The notes under the pieces are model-generated. The model made no database searches. It had not been told where the DNA came from and was given only the letters and a program-made list of their open reading frames with translations. This document shows, in pieces, positions 38,817-51,225 of a DNA stretch of 64,000 bases. Source of the stretch: Chara braunii. Its lineage: Eukaryota; Plantae; Charophyceae. Both the position numbers and the translations under genes were made by a program. The stretch is taken from assembly GCA_003427395.1 (NCBI GenBank), contig BFEA01000044.1, positions 1,114,905-1,178,904 on the forward strand, read 5' to 3'. The first letter of the stretch is position 1, and every line of letters starts with the position of its first letter.

Positions 38817-40033
38817 TTACGAAGTTCCACTCCGTGTTCCGTCTATGAGATCTCCGAAGACATTTTCTATGTCACACGTTGCTGCGGTGTTATATCCTTT
38901 TGTCATTGCAGCACACTGCGCAAAGCGTTGTACCATTGACTGACGAAATTTCTCGACCGTTCGTTCGTTGACCTCCATCGCAGTAACAACTTCTGTTATA
39001 TATTTTGCGATTATGTTCGTTCCCTCAGTCACGTTTGCTAGCTTTCGCATCAATTCAGTTGCCAAGCAACAAACATAAACACCACAGTCCGACGTATTAG
39101 TCTGTTGCGAACATTCCGCATATACTATTTTAGATCCAAGTAGATCTCTGCATGTCACCCACGACGTGTCCACGGTCTCAGGAGTCAATACCCCTGCTTT
39201 GTCTGCCTCGTTGAGGTATTCATACCACAAAAATGTGCGTAATGCCTTCCATTCCTGTCGGACGCTCTGTTGAAAGGAATCCATGACGATCGCAACAGGT
39301 CGTTTCTGCCCATCATTGTCCTCCGTGACTGCCAAAAACCGACCGATATTCAGTAACAAGAGCGATTTCCAATGTTTTTTGTGATTCACAGGGATGAGAA
39401 CAACAGTTATCGTTCGCAGTTCATTGCTTATTCGACGCAGCTTTGCAGGTGTACTCTTGATCCGCGCATGCCATCCTGCTTTCGATGTCTGCGATGACTG
39501 CGGGATGCTAGAAAGTTGTGCAAACATGAAGTGTCATGTTGTCCTCTATAGGGAAATGTTCTTCATAGACGGACTGTAAGTATATATCGATCACGTCATC
39601 GTTCAGCCACTACTTCCCACCCAATCGCAATACATCCTATTTCGTTATCGCTATGGCGTGTCATCTTGATTTTCACGTGAACGGGAACATGGTTCCTCGT
39701 CCACCCTCTCAGGCCTCTTTCCAGCCTCTGCAGCCGTACCTCTCAGCCGATTGCCCCCTGCAATACTGAACAAAGGTTCATGCACCATCTGAGGATATTG
39801 GACGTCATCTGGTACATTTCCGCATACCACGGGTCCTCCAGTATCCTCTTCCATCGCTTCACTGATCTCTCGCTGCTCAACGGGAGCAACGGTTCGGTGA
39901 CACTTGGTCCACATGACTGTTCGTCATTCCTTGCTATTTCTGAACTGTCCTTCGCTTTTGAGCCCATCATACAACCCTTGCCATCTACCCCCTCGTTCAT
40001 TTTGTAAGATTCACTCATCTGAACACCCCTCAT
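38817..40033 (-). pseudogene. Ulp1/C48 SUMO protease-like cargo gene, disrupted
   Basis: WLNDDVIDIY (~39580-39610), LIPVNHKKHW (His), IVMDS (Asp), QQTNTSDCGVYV (Gln, Cys); in-frame TAG stops and frameshifts at ~39510-39650; start position uncertain. Confidence 0.85.
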
Positions 40034-40273
40034 TCTCTGTCATACAACAGATGTCACGGATGATGGACAAATAGTGCAGTGTCAGTCTAAATCGACTTCT
40101 CCACAATTCCTAAAAACGTTTTTTTTTTTTCACTTGCTGTCTTGCCACTTCTCCCACTGTAGACTGTCGTTCTGGCGTTACCTCGACCTCAACATTTCCT
40201 GTCCACATGGCAGTCACATGGCCATGAAGCACATCTTATCAATTACTCGGCTTTAGTGGTAAGTCTTTCGACA

Positions 40274-40332
<59 letters not shown>

Positions 40333-40400
40333 TACTGCGAGGCAGCATGACGGTTTCCTGTGACGTCATGACCTTTTATCGCACGCAAGTATAGACATAG

Positions 40401-40470
40401 GTTGGCTAGTGCGTGCCACCTGCCACTTCTTAAGTCCACGTTCACCATACATGTGCACGCAGTAGTCAAC
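40401..40470. promoter_or_regulatory. 70-bp bipartite site C
   Basis: GTTGGCTAGTGCGTGCCA-N34-GTGCACGCAGTAGTCAAC. Confidence 0.75.
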
Positions 40471-40708
40471 TCTGAAGTTACCTTCGTCATACACACTGCT
40501 TTGATGTACCTTTGTCAAAATTGTTGTGTAAGATGATATAAAAGTTATGCAACGCTATAACACAACCTTGTCCGTGCGAAAAAAACAGTCTCACAACCAT
40601 GTTGTTCCATCTCGCACGATCGTGCCGGTCTGAAATATAGTCCCGCCGCTTTAAAAATCTACCGATATTTGAACTCCATCTTTACAAAATTATTATTGTC
40701 GTTCAAAC

Positions 40709-40772
<64 letters not shown>

Positions 40773-40966
40773 GAAATACAAAAGTTGAATTGATGATGTA
40801 CTATGAAATTGCGACTGCGCCCACCACAGATTATTCTCGGAAAAACGTTCAGCCTTTGAATTTTTTTATTTTTTTTTTCTCTCTAATTCCATGTACACTT
40901 CTAGACTATATATTTATTCAACAAAAAACTCTCTTCCTTCTCTTTTGCATGCTTTTTCGAGCCCCA

Positions 40967-43615
40967 CTATGGTTTAAAAAAATAAGGAACAATGTGAACG
41001 GTCTCGATGATGGTGTCAATCATTATGACGCTACTGTGTTGATGTCCGTTTGCCTTCTCCCATTGCAACTTCTTACAACCTGTTGTGTGTTTCCTTTCGC
41101 TATCCACCTCTTTGTACCATTGCACAAAACAATACCTGTGCATCTCTGCAACACCCCCTGTGCAAGTGTTCATAACGAAAAACATGGCTACTGATGCATA
41201 CCATATGTTGTCATTCCCACCTCTCACTGTAACATCGCTGTGCACGGCTCTCCCGTGGAACTGTGGTGAAGCTCTTGCCGTTTGAATGTCTGCGCCCCTG
41301 TGCGTCCCGTCGTATGTGCAGGTGATAGTCAAGTGTGTTCGAGTGTGTATCACTTGGTCATCAGATGGAGGTTGACAGTCGTTCTCGCTCATGAACGTCG
41401 TGAGCGCAGCTCGAAAATCCTCTCTACAGGGAAGCTCGTTAAGTATTCTCAACGCCGCGTTGCTTATACCCTCCACCTCCGGCAAATACACACCGTCCAT
41501 CTGAAACCACCGGAGTTGTAGAGTTGCGGTGTCGCGCGCTGTGAGGGTATTAATTCCAGTGGTCATGCAGTCTGTCACCGATGACCAATTTTCTGTCGAC
41601 CTTTTTCTTCGTTTTCTCACAATCTCCATCTCATCCTGCAAAGCCAATGAGCGTCGGACACGATTCACCATCTGGGAAGCAGCCATGCGCTTGTTCGATG
41701 CCAGATATGGCTGTTTGCAGAACCTCTGATGATGATGCTCCCACACATCAGCTGCGAAGGTGTCGAGGACACCGGATCGCTCTATGCATGTTCTCAGATG
41801 CATAAGGTCGTGCAACTTCGAAATTTTCCAATTCGAGGTTTGATATTTTCCCATCTTCGTTTTTATACTCGTTATGAAATCACCTATCAATGCGTCACAT
41901 ACATCGAGAGAAGTCGCAGTGTGGGTCGACTTACGAAACACATGTATGTACATTTCCATGAGTTTGATGAAACAAGCGGAAATGGATTTGTCTGTCGCAC
42001 GCGGGATGATATCACAAATAATAAACACGCAAACTGTCATAACAGACCGATTTTGCTTTGCTTCAAATCATCCTTCCCTTGAAAAGAAATCACAACCTAT
42101 GGCCACGGGCAACACGAGCTGCAGGTATGTCCTCACACATCTCTCTTTGATGCTCTGCAACCTCGCATCCATCTCGTGCAATATCTCACTTTGCGTGATA
42201 TCCGGCAACTTCTCATAAGCTGCTGCCTTGAATGCATCTATCATATGCAAGAAAATGTCGTGTTCAATGGTGTGCATACGGTCCGGTTGCAAAGCGAGAT
42301 GGTAATCTAGTTGAGGATCATCACCATGTGGATCCCTGTAGAATCCCCAAAGGTCGTTCTCATGAACATGCTTATGCATGTTCAATTCTGACATTCGTGC
42401 CTCTGCGGCACGACGAATATCGTTGTCCCCATTGTTCAAGCAGTTCGCATCAAGTTGCGTGTCTAGCGTCTGCGATCTCCTGCAGTTGGCGAAATAGGCG
42501 ATGACATCGAAATCGTCTTTGGACACTGTGCATGTTGGACAAACACCGAATTTCACAGTTGCAAGGGCACACCTTTGAGGATAGCCCTGTATATGGTTCA
42601 TGATGAAAGGGTAGACTGTTATCTCGTCGAACTGCTCCGTTGTAACTATCATGCCGCCATGGGATGCCTCCTTTGCGGACCGCAATACTATTGATAACGC
42701 TTTATACAATATCACAGCTTTCCGTTTTCTAAACGCGGTGGAGTGCAGACCCCAACCCTTGTCACGTGGCCGGTGTTGAAGCAAAGGAAGATACGCAAGG
42801 AGTGTGGCGTCCGATGCGCGATCGGCTACTGACATCATCAGAGGATATGCTGACTGCTTTTGATGACCGTCTATATGAATCTTGTCTGAATACAGAGACA
42901 GAGGGATGACATAACGTGTTTTATCATTCGTGTCCACACCCTTGTCCGCTCTGATAACAGTTTGGACATGGTGACTCAACTGGCCCGTGCGAGAGCCACA
43001 TATGTTGATCCCCTCCCCGAGAGGTTCTATTTCGAGGCAAGAAACCGTTTCAACATTGTGAAGTGCAACACATACAAGTTTAGCGAACGTTGTACGCCAG
43101 TCGCGGTACCACAAAATGGCGTGCGCTTCTTCTGGCCAATCATCACTGCGTAGATTATTCTCTTGCCACCCTGCAGCCTCTGCCTGGCGGTTTGCCCATG
43201 TCAGACACTCACGACTGTTACGAAATGCGATATTTTTTGGGTCGAATCTAGGATTCTTGAGGAGTGACAACAGATAGTCAACGTCAGTTTGGGACATGCC
43301 CACACCGCCAATACATGAGAAAATCAACGCCGCAAGTTTGCGGGAGCTGTCGAATGCCTCTGTGTGTTGTTCTTGCTGTTCTTCGGATGCACAGTCTGCT
43401 TCTACATCGAGAGGGGGCTCAACCTCCTCGCTTTCCCCACTGACCAGATTAATGGGATCACTATTTGACGGTCCACCGATAACCTCCCAAACTATCTCTT
43501 GTGTCGTGCTCCCGTCTTCCACAGCGGATGGACATGCCCGCGCTCGGTGTGAGTTCATCGTCCGTAATGACATGAAAAGCCGCCCACAATCACACACGTG
43601 ACTCGCGCCATCCAT
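40967..43615 (-). pseudogene. Plavaka-family transposase, frameshifted near 42070
   Basis: N-terminal zinc finger CDCGRLF...NSH; motifs LWYRD, PLSLYSDK, AYPLMMS, LLAYLP, YPFIMNHIQGYPQ (family DYPE), CPTC, QPDRMH, MDARL, KLHDLMH...IERSG, EHHHQRFCKQPY..SN, RASPQFHG, FVQWY; two frames joined. Confidence 0.88.
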
Positions 43616-43916
43616 TGCAACTACGTGCGAGAAATACAAAGTGATGTCACTTAAGACCTATCGCAGATGGAGCATGCGCGTTCGGTGTGAAATTCATGAG
43701 TTCCTTTCACACTTCCCCCACCCCCGTCCCCCCTTTCCCTCCCGTCGACTCAACACCGCTGTTGTGCACTGCTGACAGATTCCAAGACAACGACAACATT
43801 CCAAGCGGTATTAACATCAAGAATTGTGGTGAATGTTTCGCCTCTTTTTTTTTTTTTTTTTTTTTATTTCGAGGCATGCCACATTTTCTTTCAAAGTGTC
43901 ACATCCTCCTTTCCTG

Positions 43917-43963
<47 letters not shown>

Positions 43964-44310
43964 CATTTAAAAAAGAAAACCATTTATTAAAGTGCGGATT
44001 TGTTGGAACATTTATAAAATAAAAATATTTATAAAATAATAAGTGCGGATTTGTTGGAACATTTATAAAAGAAAAACATTTTTCTGTTGTCATTGAAAAA
44101 AACAGTAATAAAAGATCTTTAACAACACACGCACACACACACTGTATACTTTGAGCAATAGCAAACTTGAACAAGCATTCCACATCATCAACATGAAAGT
44201 CAAAAAGTCATGACCTCCAACCAAAAGTAGAATTGCAACTCGAATCACCCCTTGGGACCCCCACATTTATGCCTGGAAGTCTGTTGGGGCTCATTGCAGG
44301 CTGTAGCCTC

Positions 44311-44351
<41 letters not shown>

Positions 44352-44464
44352 ATGTACACCGTTGTCGAGCACTCGAACACCTAAAATATTGCACATACTC
44401 CGTGCAATGATGGATGTGCAGAATTAATCATGATATGCATAGTCTGTGCATCGAACAACTGCAT

Positions 44465-45907
44465 TCAACGTTGTCCACTACCAATGTCTGTATCACCGCT
44501 GTCCAGCATGGTTTCTGGTGCGCATTCAAGCCATGTGTGAGCACGAAGTATTTCCTCTCCTGTTGATAGTGTCGGGTGCAATGTAGCACCAGAACCGCTG
44601 GCTACAGCCCCGTGTAGGAGGCAACTAAGGTCCAGGCCCCACGTAAGTGATGTTGCGAGGACATCCTCTCTGTTGACCAAGAAAAATCATGACTTCCCCA
44701 TATGTGACCATCTTCTTCCGTTCGAGCATGATCTCATAATGGTCATCAGTGCTGCATACTGGAGTGCGCCCTCAGGTGTTGCCTCCTTCAGCACGACACG
44801 CAACAGTAAATGGGGATTAGAGAATACACGTGTCAACCTAAGAATCGCATGTGCCCACCCTTTTGACGCTTGTCCCCCCCCTGCTTCCATATCCCAGTAG
44901 GCATCATATTCCTCACCCTCCTTGTCACTGCTCACCCTCGACACTTTAGAATAGCGGAAAACACTCGAGTAGCAGGTAGGTCGGTACCTCACTAAGTAGA
45001 GGTAGATGCAACGGGTACTTGACTCGGAGGCCGAGTAGAGAAAGACAAAGACCGAAATTTTTAGTAACCCTAGTACTGGAAGGAAGACAGGCACCGGACC
45101 AAGTCTCAGTGCGTGTCATAGTCCTACCTGACACAATCATCAGTCCAACTGACCCTTCGACCTCTTCCGTTGAGGGGCATTACTATCGATCCTAATCACC
45201 ACGCGCGCGTTATAGTAACGCGTGCACACACTTAACGAAATTTTCTCACCGATTTTTTTTTGCCCCGGCCTCAGTGGCCGAGGAATTTTTGCTCCCAGTG
45301 TCACGCCAAGCGTGCACACCCCTCTTGTTTCCAGACAGGCTACGTNATGGTAGCTGATGTCGTCATCGTGTCGAATGCAACGACATGGCAAAATACCCTT
45401 GTAAGGGTATTTTGTCCAACAACGCCATGTTCTTTTCTTTGGGGCAGGAACAGCAACCCACTGATCAGCAACCTTGAAAGCAAAGCAATGCACACCTCCA
45501 ACGATACCTGGCTGAACACGACCTGGCAGCCAATTCACATCGTACGGGTATGTATCTCCTGCCATTGTCTTTGTCATATTTGCATCAGTGACAATGCATC
45601 CACTGTGAGAACCCTCGCTGCCAACATCTTCCTCGTTTCTCTCTCCACCCACCTTCTCTATCTCACCACTATTCCCTCGTGCGCCGCTATCGTTGTCATC
45701 CACGTCAGCAAGCATCTGCTCAGTTTCCATATGAATTGTTGCGAACACCTCTTCGCATGCAGCACTGGCTGTGCCCCCGCCACTAGTCTGCTGATGAGCT
45801 GTGGTTTCGTTGACCTCACTTGCAGGGGAAAGACCACTTAGAATGGCTTCTGTTTCCATGACGTTGGTATCTCCAGCATTGGCGGTTGTTGCAATTGCGG
45901 GTTCCAT
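44465..45907 (-). pseudogene. Transposon cargo gene of unknown function, frameshifted
   Basis: Colinear ORF pieces 45140-45907, 44687-45094 and 44465-44680; acidic N-terminus then protein-like segments (YPYDVNWLPGRVQPG..HCFAFKV..W; ILRLTRVF.NP.LLLRV). Confidence 0.5.
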
Positions 45908-46350
45908 CTAAATATTTGCACACCATATAAGGTCATGAGTCGACATCGCTGACAAAATGTTTCCANNNNNNNNNNNNNNNNNNNNNNNNNNNNNNNNNNN
46001 NNNNNNNNNNNNNNNNNNNNNNNNNNNNNNNNNNNNNNNNNNNNNNNNNNNNNNNNNNNNNNNNNNNNNNNNNNNNNNNNNNNNNNNNNNNNNNNNNNNN
46101 NNNNNNNNNNNNNNNNNNNNNNNNNNNNNNNNNNNNNNNNNNNNNNNNNNNNNNNNNNNNNNNNNNNNNNNNNNNNNNNNNNNNNNNNNNNNNNNNNNNN
46201 NNNNNNNNNNNNNNNNNNNNNNNNNNNNNNNNNNNNNNNNNNNNNNNNNNNNNNNNNNNNNNNNNNNNNNNNNNNNNNNNNNNNNNNNNNNNNNNNNNNN
46301 NNNNNNNNNNNNNNNNNNNNNNNNNNNNNNNNNNNNNNNNNNNNNNNNNN

Positions 46351-46413
<63 letters not shown>

Positions 46414-46415
<2 letters not shown>

Positions 46416-46747
46416 TGGCTACTGCGGGCCAGAACGACGTTATTGAGTAATGTTTAACCGTAATATGGCACGCAGTAGTCAACCGACTCATTCGTAGGCC
46501 AGAACATAATGACATTGAAGCAGACACTTCATACATGTATACATATATGCATATGTGAGAGAGAGAGAGAGAGGTTGGCTACTGCGGGTCAGAATGACGA
46601 TATAGAGTAACTTTTAACCGTATTATGGCACACAGTAGTCAACCGACTCATTCATAGGCTTAGACAGGGGTTGAATAGGCAAACCTGGCGACAATAACAT
46701 AATGACATTAAAGCAGACACTTCATGCATGTATACATATATGCATAT

Positions 46748-46792
<45 letters not shown>

Positions 46793-47420
46793 TGGCTACT
46801 GCGGGCCAGAACGACGTTATTGAGTAACGTTTAACTGTATTATGGCACGCAGTAGTCAACCGACTCATTCGTAGGCTGAGACAGGGGTTGAATAGGCGAA
46901 CCTGGCGACAAGAACATAATGACATTAAAGCAGACACTTCATACATGTATACATATATGCATATGAGAGAGAGAGAGAGAGAGAGAGAGGNAGAACATAA
47001 TGACATTAAAGCAGACACTTCATACATGTATACATATATGCATATGAGAGAGAGAGAGAGAGAGAGAGAGGTTGGCTACTGCGGGTCAGAACGACGTTAT
47101 TGAGTAACGTTTAACCGTAATATGGCACGTAGTAGTCAACCGACTCATTCGTAGGCCAGAACATAATGACATTAAAGCAGACACTTCATACATGTATACA
47201 TATATGCATATGAGAGAGAGAGAGAGAGGTTGGCTACCGCGGGCCAGAACGACGTTATAAAGTAACGTTTAACCGTATTATGGCACGCAGTAGTCAACCG
47301 ACTCATTTATAGGCTGAGACAGGGGTTGAATAGGTGAACCTGGCGACAAGAACATAATGACATTAAAGCAGACACTTCCCCCATGTATACATATGTGCAT
47401 ATGAGAGAGAGAGAGAGAGA
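46414..47420. repeat. Tandem array of ~160-280-bp units, each holding a 70-bp bipartite site (D1-D5) and an (AG)n tract
   Basis: Sites at 46414-46483, 46574-46643, 46791-46860, 47071-47140 and 47229-47298; all 18+34+18. Confidence 0.9.
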
Positions 47421-47426
47421 GGTACA

Positions 47427-48330
47427 TCAAACTTCTTTAACGAGACATTCAGCCACGATTTTACACCTCTTATAGAGTGTCCTTAGCCGGTCGTTGATGT
47501 GGAGTCCTTTCTTGCAATGCTGACAATCGATCACCTGCGCACGACGATCTGCGTTTGCTACGACCTTCGACATTATCTCTTTTGCAAAAGAAATGACAGT
47601 CCGCCACGAGCCTTGCCATTTGTCGTTTATTCGCACTTGACACGAACTGTTCAAATATTTCTGTGGTCATAGGTACTGCTGACTCATCATTGCTTGTCAA
47701 CAGTGCTTTGCTAGCGAGGACGCAAGGGAAATTGTGTCGAATTTTATGAGATTGAAAGGATTTGATATCGTTGCAGTCTAGCAGCAAGTATGTCGCTGGC
47801 TCACAGACACTTCGACCTGTGTTGCAATCGCACATCCGCATAGTGAGATCATCTTCCCGGCTTGCATTCGCAACTTGCGCATTGTATGTTTTCATGGTTT
47901 GTACGGGGTTCGGCGTTACAGACAATTGTCCCGATGCCAGACGATCTCTGGTGTACTGAAGAGAACATACAATATCGGCGCAGCTGTTGAGCAGAGACTT
48001 CAAGTTCCCATTAAGGCCATCGCATCCCATATGTGCACCATAGGTCTGGAGGCGATGGTTAAGAGTGTAGTGGTCTATGGTCTTTGTGCAATGACGGATG
48101 CAGTCATCGGCAAAAGACAAGAGGTCTACAAGACTTTTCGACAAGGCTGTCAGCGGACCGCTGTTCAGATCCTCACTATCGTAAGACGCCCACCCATCCC
48201 TGACCACACATTTGTCTGCAGAGGAACAACATGTGACATCCCGTTCACAAGCGTTTTGTGCTCTGGCACCGAATGCAGTGTCCGTGTGAAGAAGAAGTTT
48301 TTTCCGATAGCATTTAACCTCAGCAACCAT
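47427..48330 (-). pseudogene. Cys-rich transposon cargo ORF of unknown function (5' part in the N gap, frameshift near the 3' end)
   Basis: 286-aa open frame 47470-48330 plus overlapping 47427-47654 with DCQHC; same strand as the other cargo genes. Confidence 0.5.
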
Positions 48331-48797
48331 ATTCTGGTACNNNNNNNNNNNNNNNNNNNNNNNNNNNNNNNNNNNNNNNNNNNNNNNNNNNNNNNNNNNN
48401 NNNNNNNNNNNNNNNNNNNNNNNNNNNNNNNNNNNNNNNNNNNNNNNNNNNNNNNNNNNNNNNNNNNNNNNNNNNNNNNNNNNNNNNNNNNNNNNNNNNN
48501 NNNNNNNNNNNNNNNNNNNNNNNNNNNNNNNNNNNNNNNNNNNNNNNNNNNNNNNNNNNNNNNNNNNNNNNNNNNNNNNNNNNNNNNNNNNNNNNNNNNN
48601 NNNNNNNNNNNNNNNNNNNNNNNNNNNNNNNNNNNNNNNNNNNNNNNNNNNNNNNNNNNNNNNNNNNNNNNNNNNNNNNNNNNNNNNNNNNNNNNNNAAG
48701 AAAAAAATGAAGAAGGAAGGGGGAGGGGAGGGGTTGGTAAGTCAACGAATCAAATACCTTTAGAAGTTCCACTCCAGCTCCCCGCAACAACTTTGTC

Positions 48798-48870
<73 letters not shown>

Positions 48871-49109
48871 GCCCAGGCTTTTGCAGATGCTTAAGCGTTG
48901 GAGAACGTCACACACACGTGGACAGCACAAGGACAAGGAGGTGTTGATGGGGACACGAAGCACGAAGGAGAAGGTGAAAACAGAGAGGGTGAAGATGAAG
49001 ACAACGAAAAACACCAACCAACGTCAACAAAAATGAGGTGAAACTAGTGTATAGACAACTAGGTACCGGTAGGGAAAATAAAAAAAGCAGGCTCAGCCCA
49101 GGGCAACGA

Positions 49110-50090
49110 AGAGCAGGCCTTGGAAAAAAAGTACCTATGGTAAACAAGGCAAACGAAACAGTAGTACTGGCACAAAAGGTCAAAATGTTGTACTAAGAAA
49201 ATAGAAAGCCAAAATGGAGAGGCAACGTGGTGGCACCGCACAAAAAAAAAAAAAAAAGGAACCGGTCCACACCGCAAGGGGGCAGAAGAGAGAGAGAGTT
49301 ACGGAGGGTCTAGTGTCGTGACAAAAAAATAAATGGCCTCGACACAAAAACAGAGAAAACGGATACAACACATCCCCACCTAGGCCTTGCAAAAAAGTAC
49401 CTGTGGTATACAGGGCAAACAAAACGGTACTACTGGCACGATGCCGTGAAAAAATGTTTTAGTATGAAAAAGGAAGGCGAAAATGGAGATCACCAGGAGA
49501 TGCACCGTGGTGGCACCGAACGAAAAAAAAAAAAAAAAAAAAAACCGGTCCACGCCGCAAGGGGGCACAAGAAAGAGAGTTGCGGAGGGTCCTGCATCGT
49601 GACCAAAAAATTAACGGCCTCGACACAAAAACAGAGAAAACGGACCTGTGGGAAAAAAAAAAAGGGGGCTCGGCCTACGCCAACCAAGCGCGGGCCTTCG
49701 AAATAAAAGGCACCGTAGCCGATGCCACCATAGGTCACACGGGACCTTGATAAAAAAGGCTAAACCGGAGACGCGCCGTAGCCGATGCCACCATAGGTCG
49801 CACAGGACCTTGACAAAAAAGGCAAAACTGGAGACGCGCCATTTCCAATGCCACCATAGGTCGAGACACCAACGAAAAACGTAGGGCCAGAATGAAGAGG
49901 CTCGTCGTACACGTGCCAGGGCGAAATTGGAGACGCGCCGTACTCGCACGGGACCTTGGCAACAAAAAGGAACCACGCCGCAAGGGGGCACAATACATGA
50001 CTTACGCAGGGTCTAGCGTCATGACAAAAAAAAAAAAAAAAAGGCCTCGACACTAAAACAGAGAAAACGGACATGCGGGGAAAATAAAAA
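49110..50090. repeat. Subterminal repeats of the Plavaka element (~270-300-bp duplication and 63-bp tandem units)
   Basis: GGCCTCGACAC.AAAACAGAGAAAACGGA three times; CGTAGCCGATGCCACCATAGGTC at 49714 and 49777. Confidence 0.75.
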
Positions 50091-50239
50091 AAAGACATCC
50101 GACAAAATATATCAGATTCAGGAAGGATATATGTGTTTTATTTTTTTTTTGCCTTTTCGGGTCTCTAAAGTTAACCCCCCATTTCTTTTTTTTTCAGCCT
50201 GCGCATCCGCAACATCAAGCCTTCCTGATAAACATCAAC

Positions 50240-50309
50240 GTTGACTACTGCGGGCCACCCCGGCACAAGCGGCCGCCATTTGCAACATCATTTCCACGCA
50301 CTTGTCAAC
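50240..50309. promoter_or_regulatory. 70-bp bipartite site E
   Basis: GTTGACTACTGCGGGCCA-N34-TTCCACGCACTTGTCAAC. Confidence 0.7.
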
Positions 50310-51225
50310 TCCCAGATCCGGTGAAGTTAAAAAAATAAAAATTCTCCAACATGGACGTGTTGGAATCATGTTGAACATATATTGATCAACAGTTGAAAAC
50401 ATATAGCCCGCATGTTGACAAACGGTTCAAAACATCCAAACGGCCCGTCAAAACGATTGGGCCAACCATTCCACCCTCTTCATATGTTGGTCCCAACTTG
50501 TGTCGAAGTTGGAACCATGATGAAAATTTGCCACAATTTTTCTGTTGAAGTGCTTAATATGTCCCTGGTTGTGATCGTGCGAGGCGTATTATCCCAAGAC
50601 ATGGACAAGACAAACATTTGGCAATCGTCCCTAAGAGCACGTCTGACTTTCGTGTGTGTCCCTCTTCTCCCCTCACTCTGGACCCTTGTAACCACTTAGC
50701 GGCCTCAGTCTCGTCGTCGTTGTGAGCTGGCCTCCTAACCGTCTGCCTGTGGTTCTGCAGATGGGTGGCCCCGACGCCCTTGGTCCAGCCCGTGCCAGGA
50801 CTGGGTATCGGCCTCCAAGTCGCTCGCATCGCCCTCTGCTTCCGTATCACAATCTAGGTGTCGTTGTTCCCTTTCTGCTGTATCTGTGGACGTCTCTCCT
50901 TCGAGGTACGAAACCGTCACTTTTATTTCGTCTGTGACCCCGTCTCTCTTGCACCTCCTCTCAGCCTAATCCTTGGCCTCCGTGATGGCGGCCTTCAATC
51001 CCTGGTCCGCTCTCATTTCTTCTTCTTTTCGCCCTTCTACGTTTACCTTCAGTCTTGCCTCCTGATTACAGTGGCGGTAATCCAAGATGGTCGTCACCAC
51101 AGATACCTACCTACCTGTGTCGGTTTGAGGTACAGGCACCCACTTATTATTAGTCTTTCGAGCTTTTCTTGGAAGCATGGCATGGATTACTTCAGTGCCG
51201 TAGCACCTAGTACTAGGATGTTAGC

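Larger units (their letters stand above)
35261..50552 (-). mobile_element. Large multi-gene Plavaka (CACTA/EnSpm-related) DNA transposon, decayed
   Basis: TIRs CACAACAACAGAAAAATTGTGG (35261) and CCACAATTTTTCTGTTGAAGTG (ends 50552), 20/22 identical with CAC termini; subterminal TTGATCAAC.GTTGAA at both ends; encloses transposase, Ulp1 and other minus-strand ORFs; TSD ambiguous. Confidence 0.85.

Noticed and set aside
45791-45810. Hammerhead ribozyme (CTGATGAG core)
   Set aside because: No correctly placed GAAA or flanking stems; lies within an ORF remnant
46414-47420. CRISPR-like array
   Set aside because: Spacers within this array are near-identical, the arms are inverted rather than direct repeats, there are no cas genes, and the context is eukaryotic
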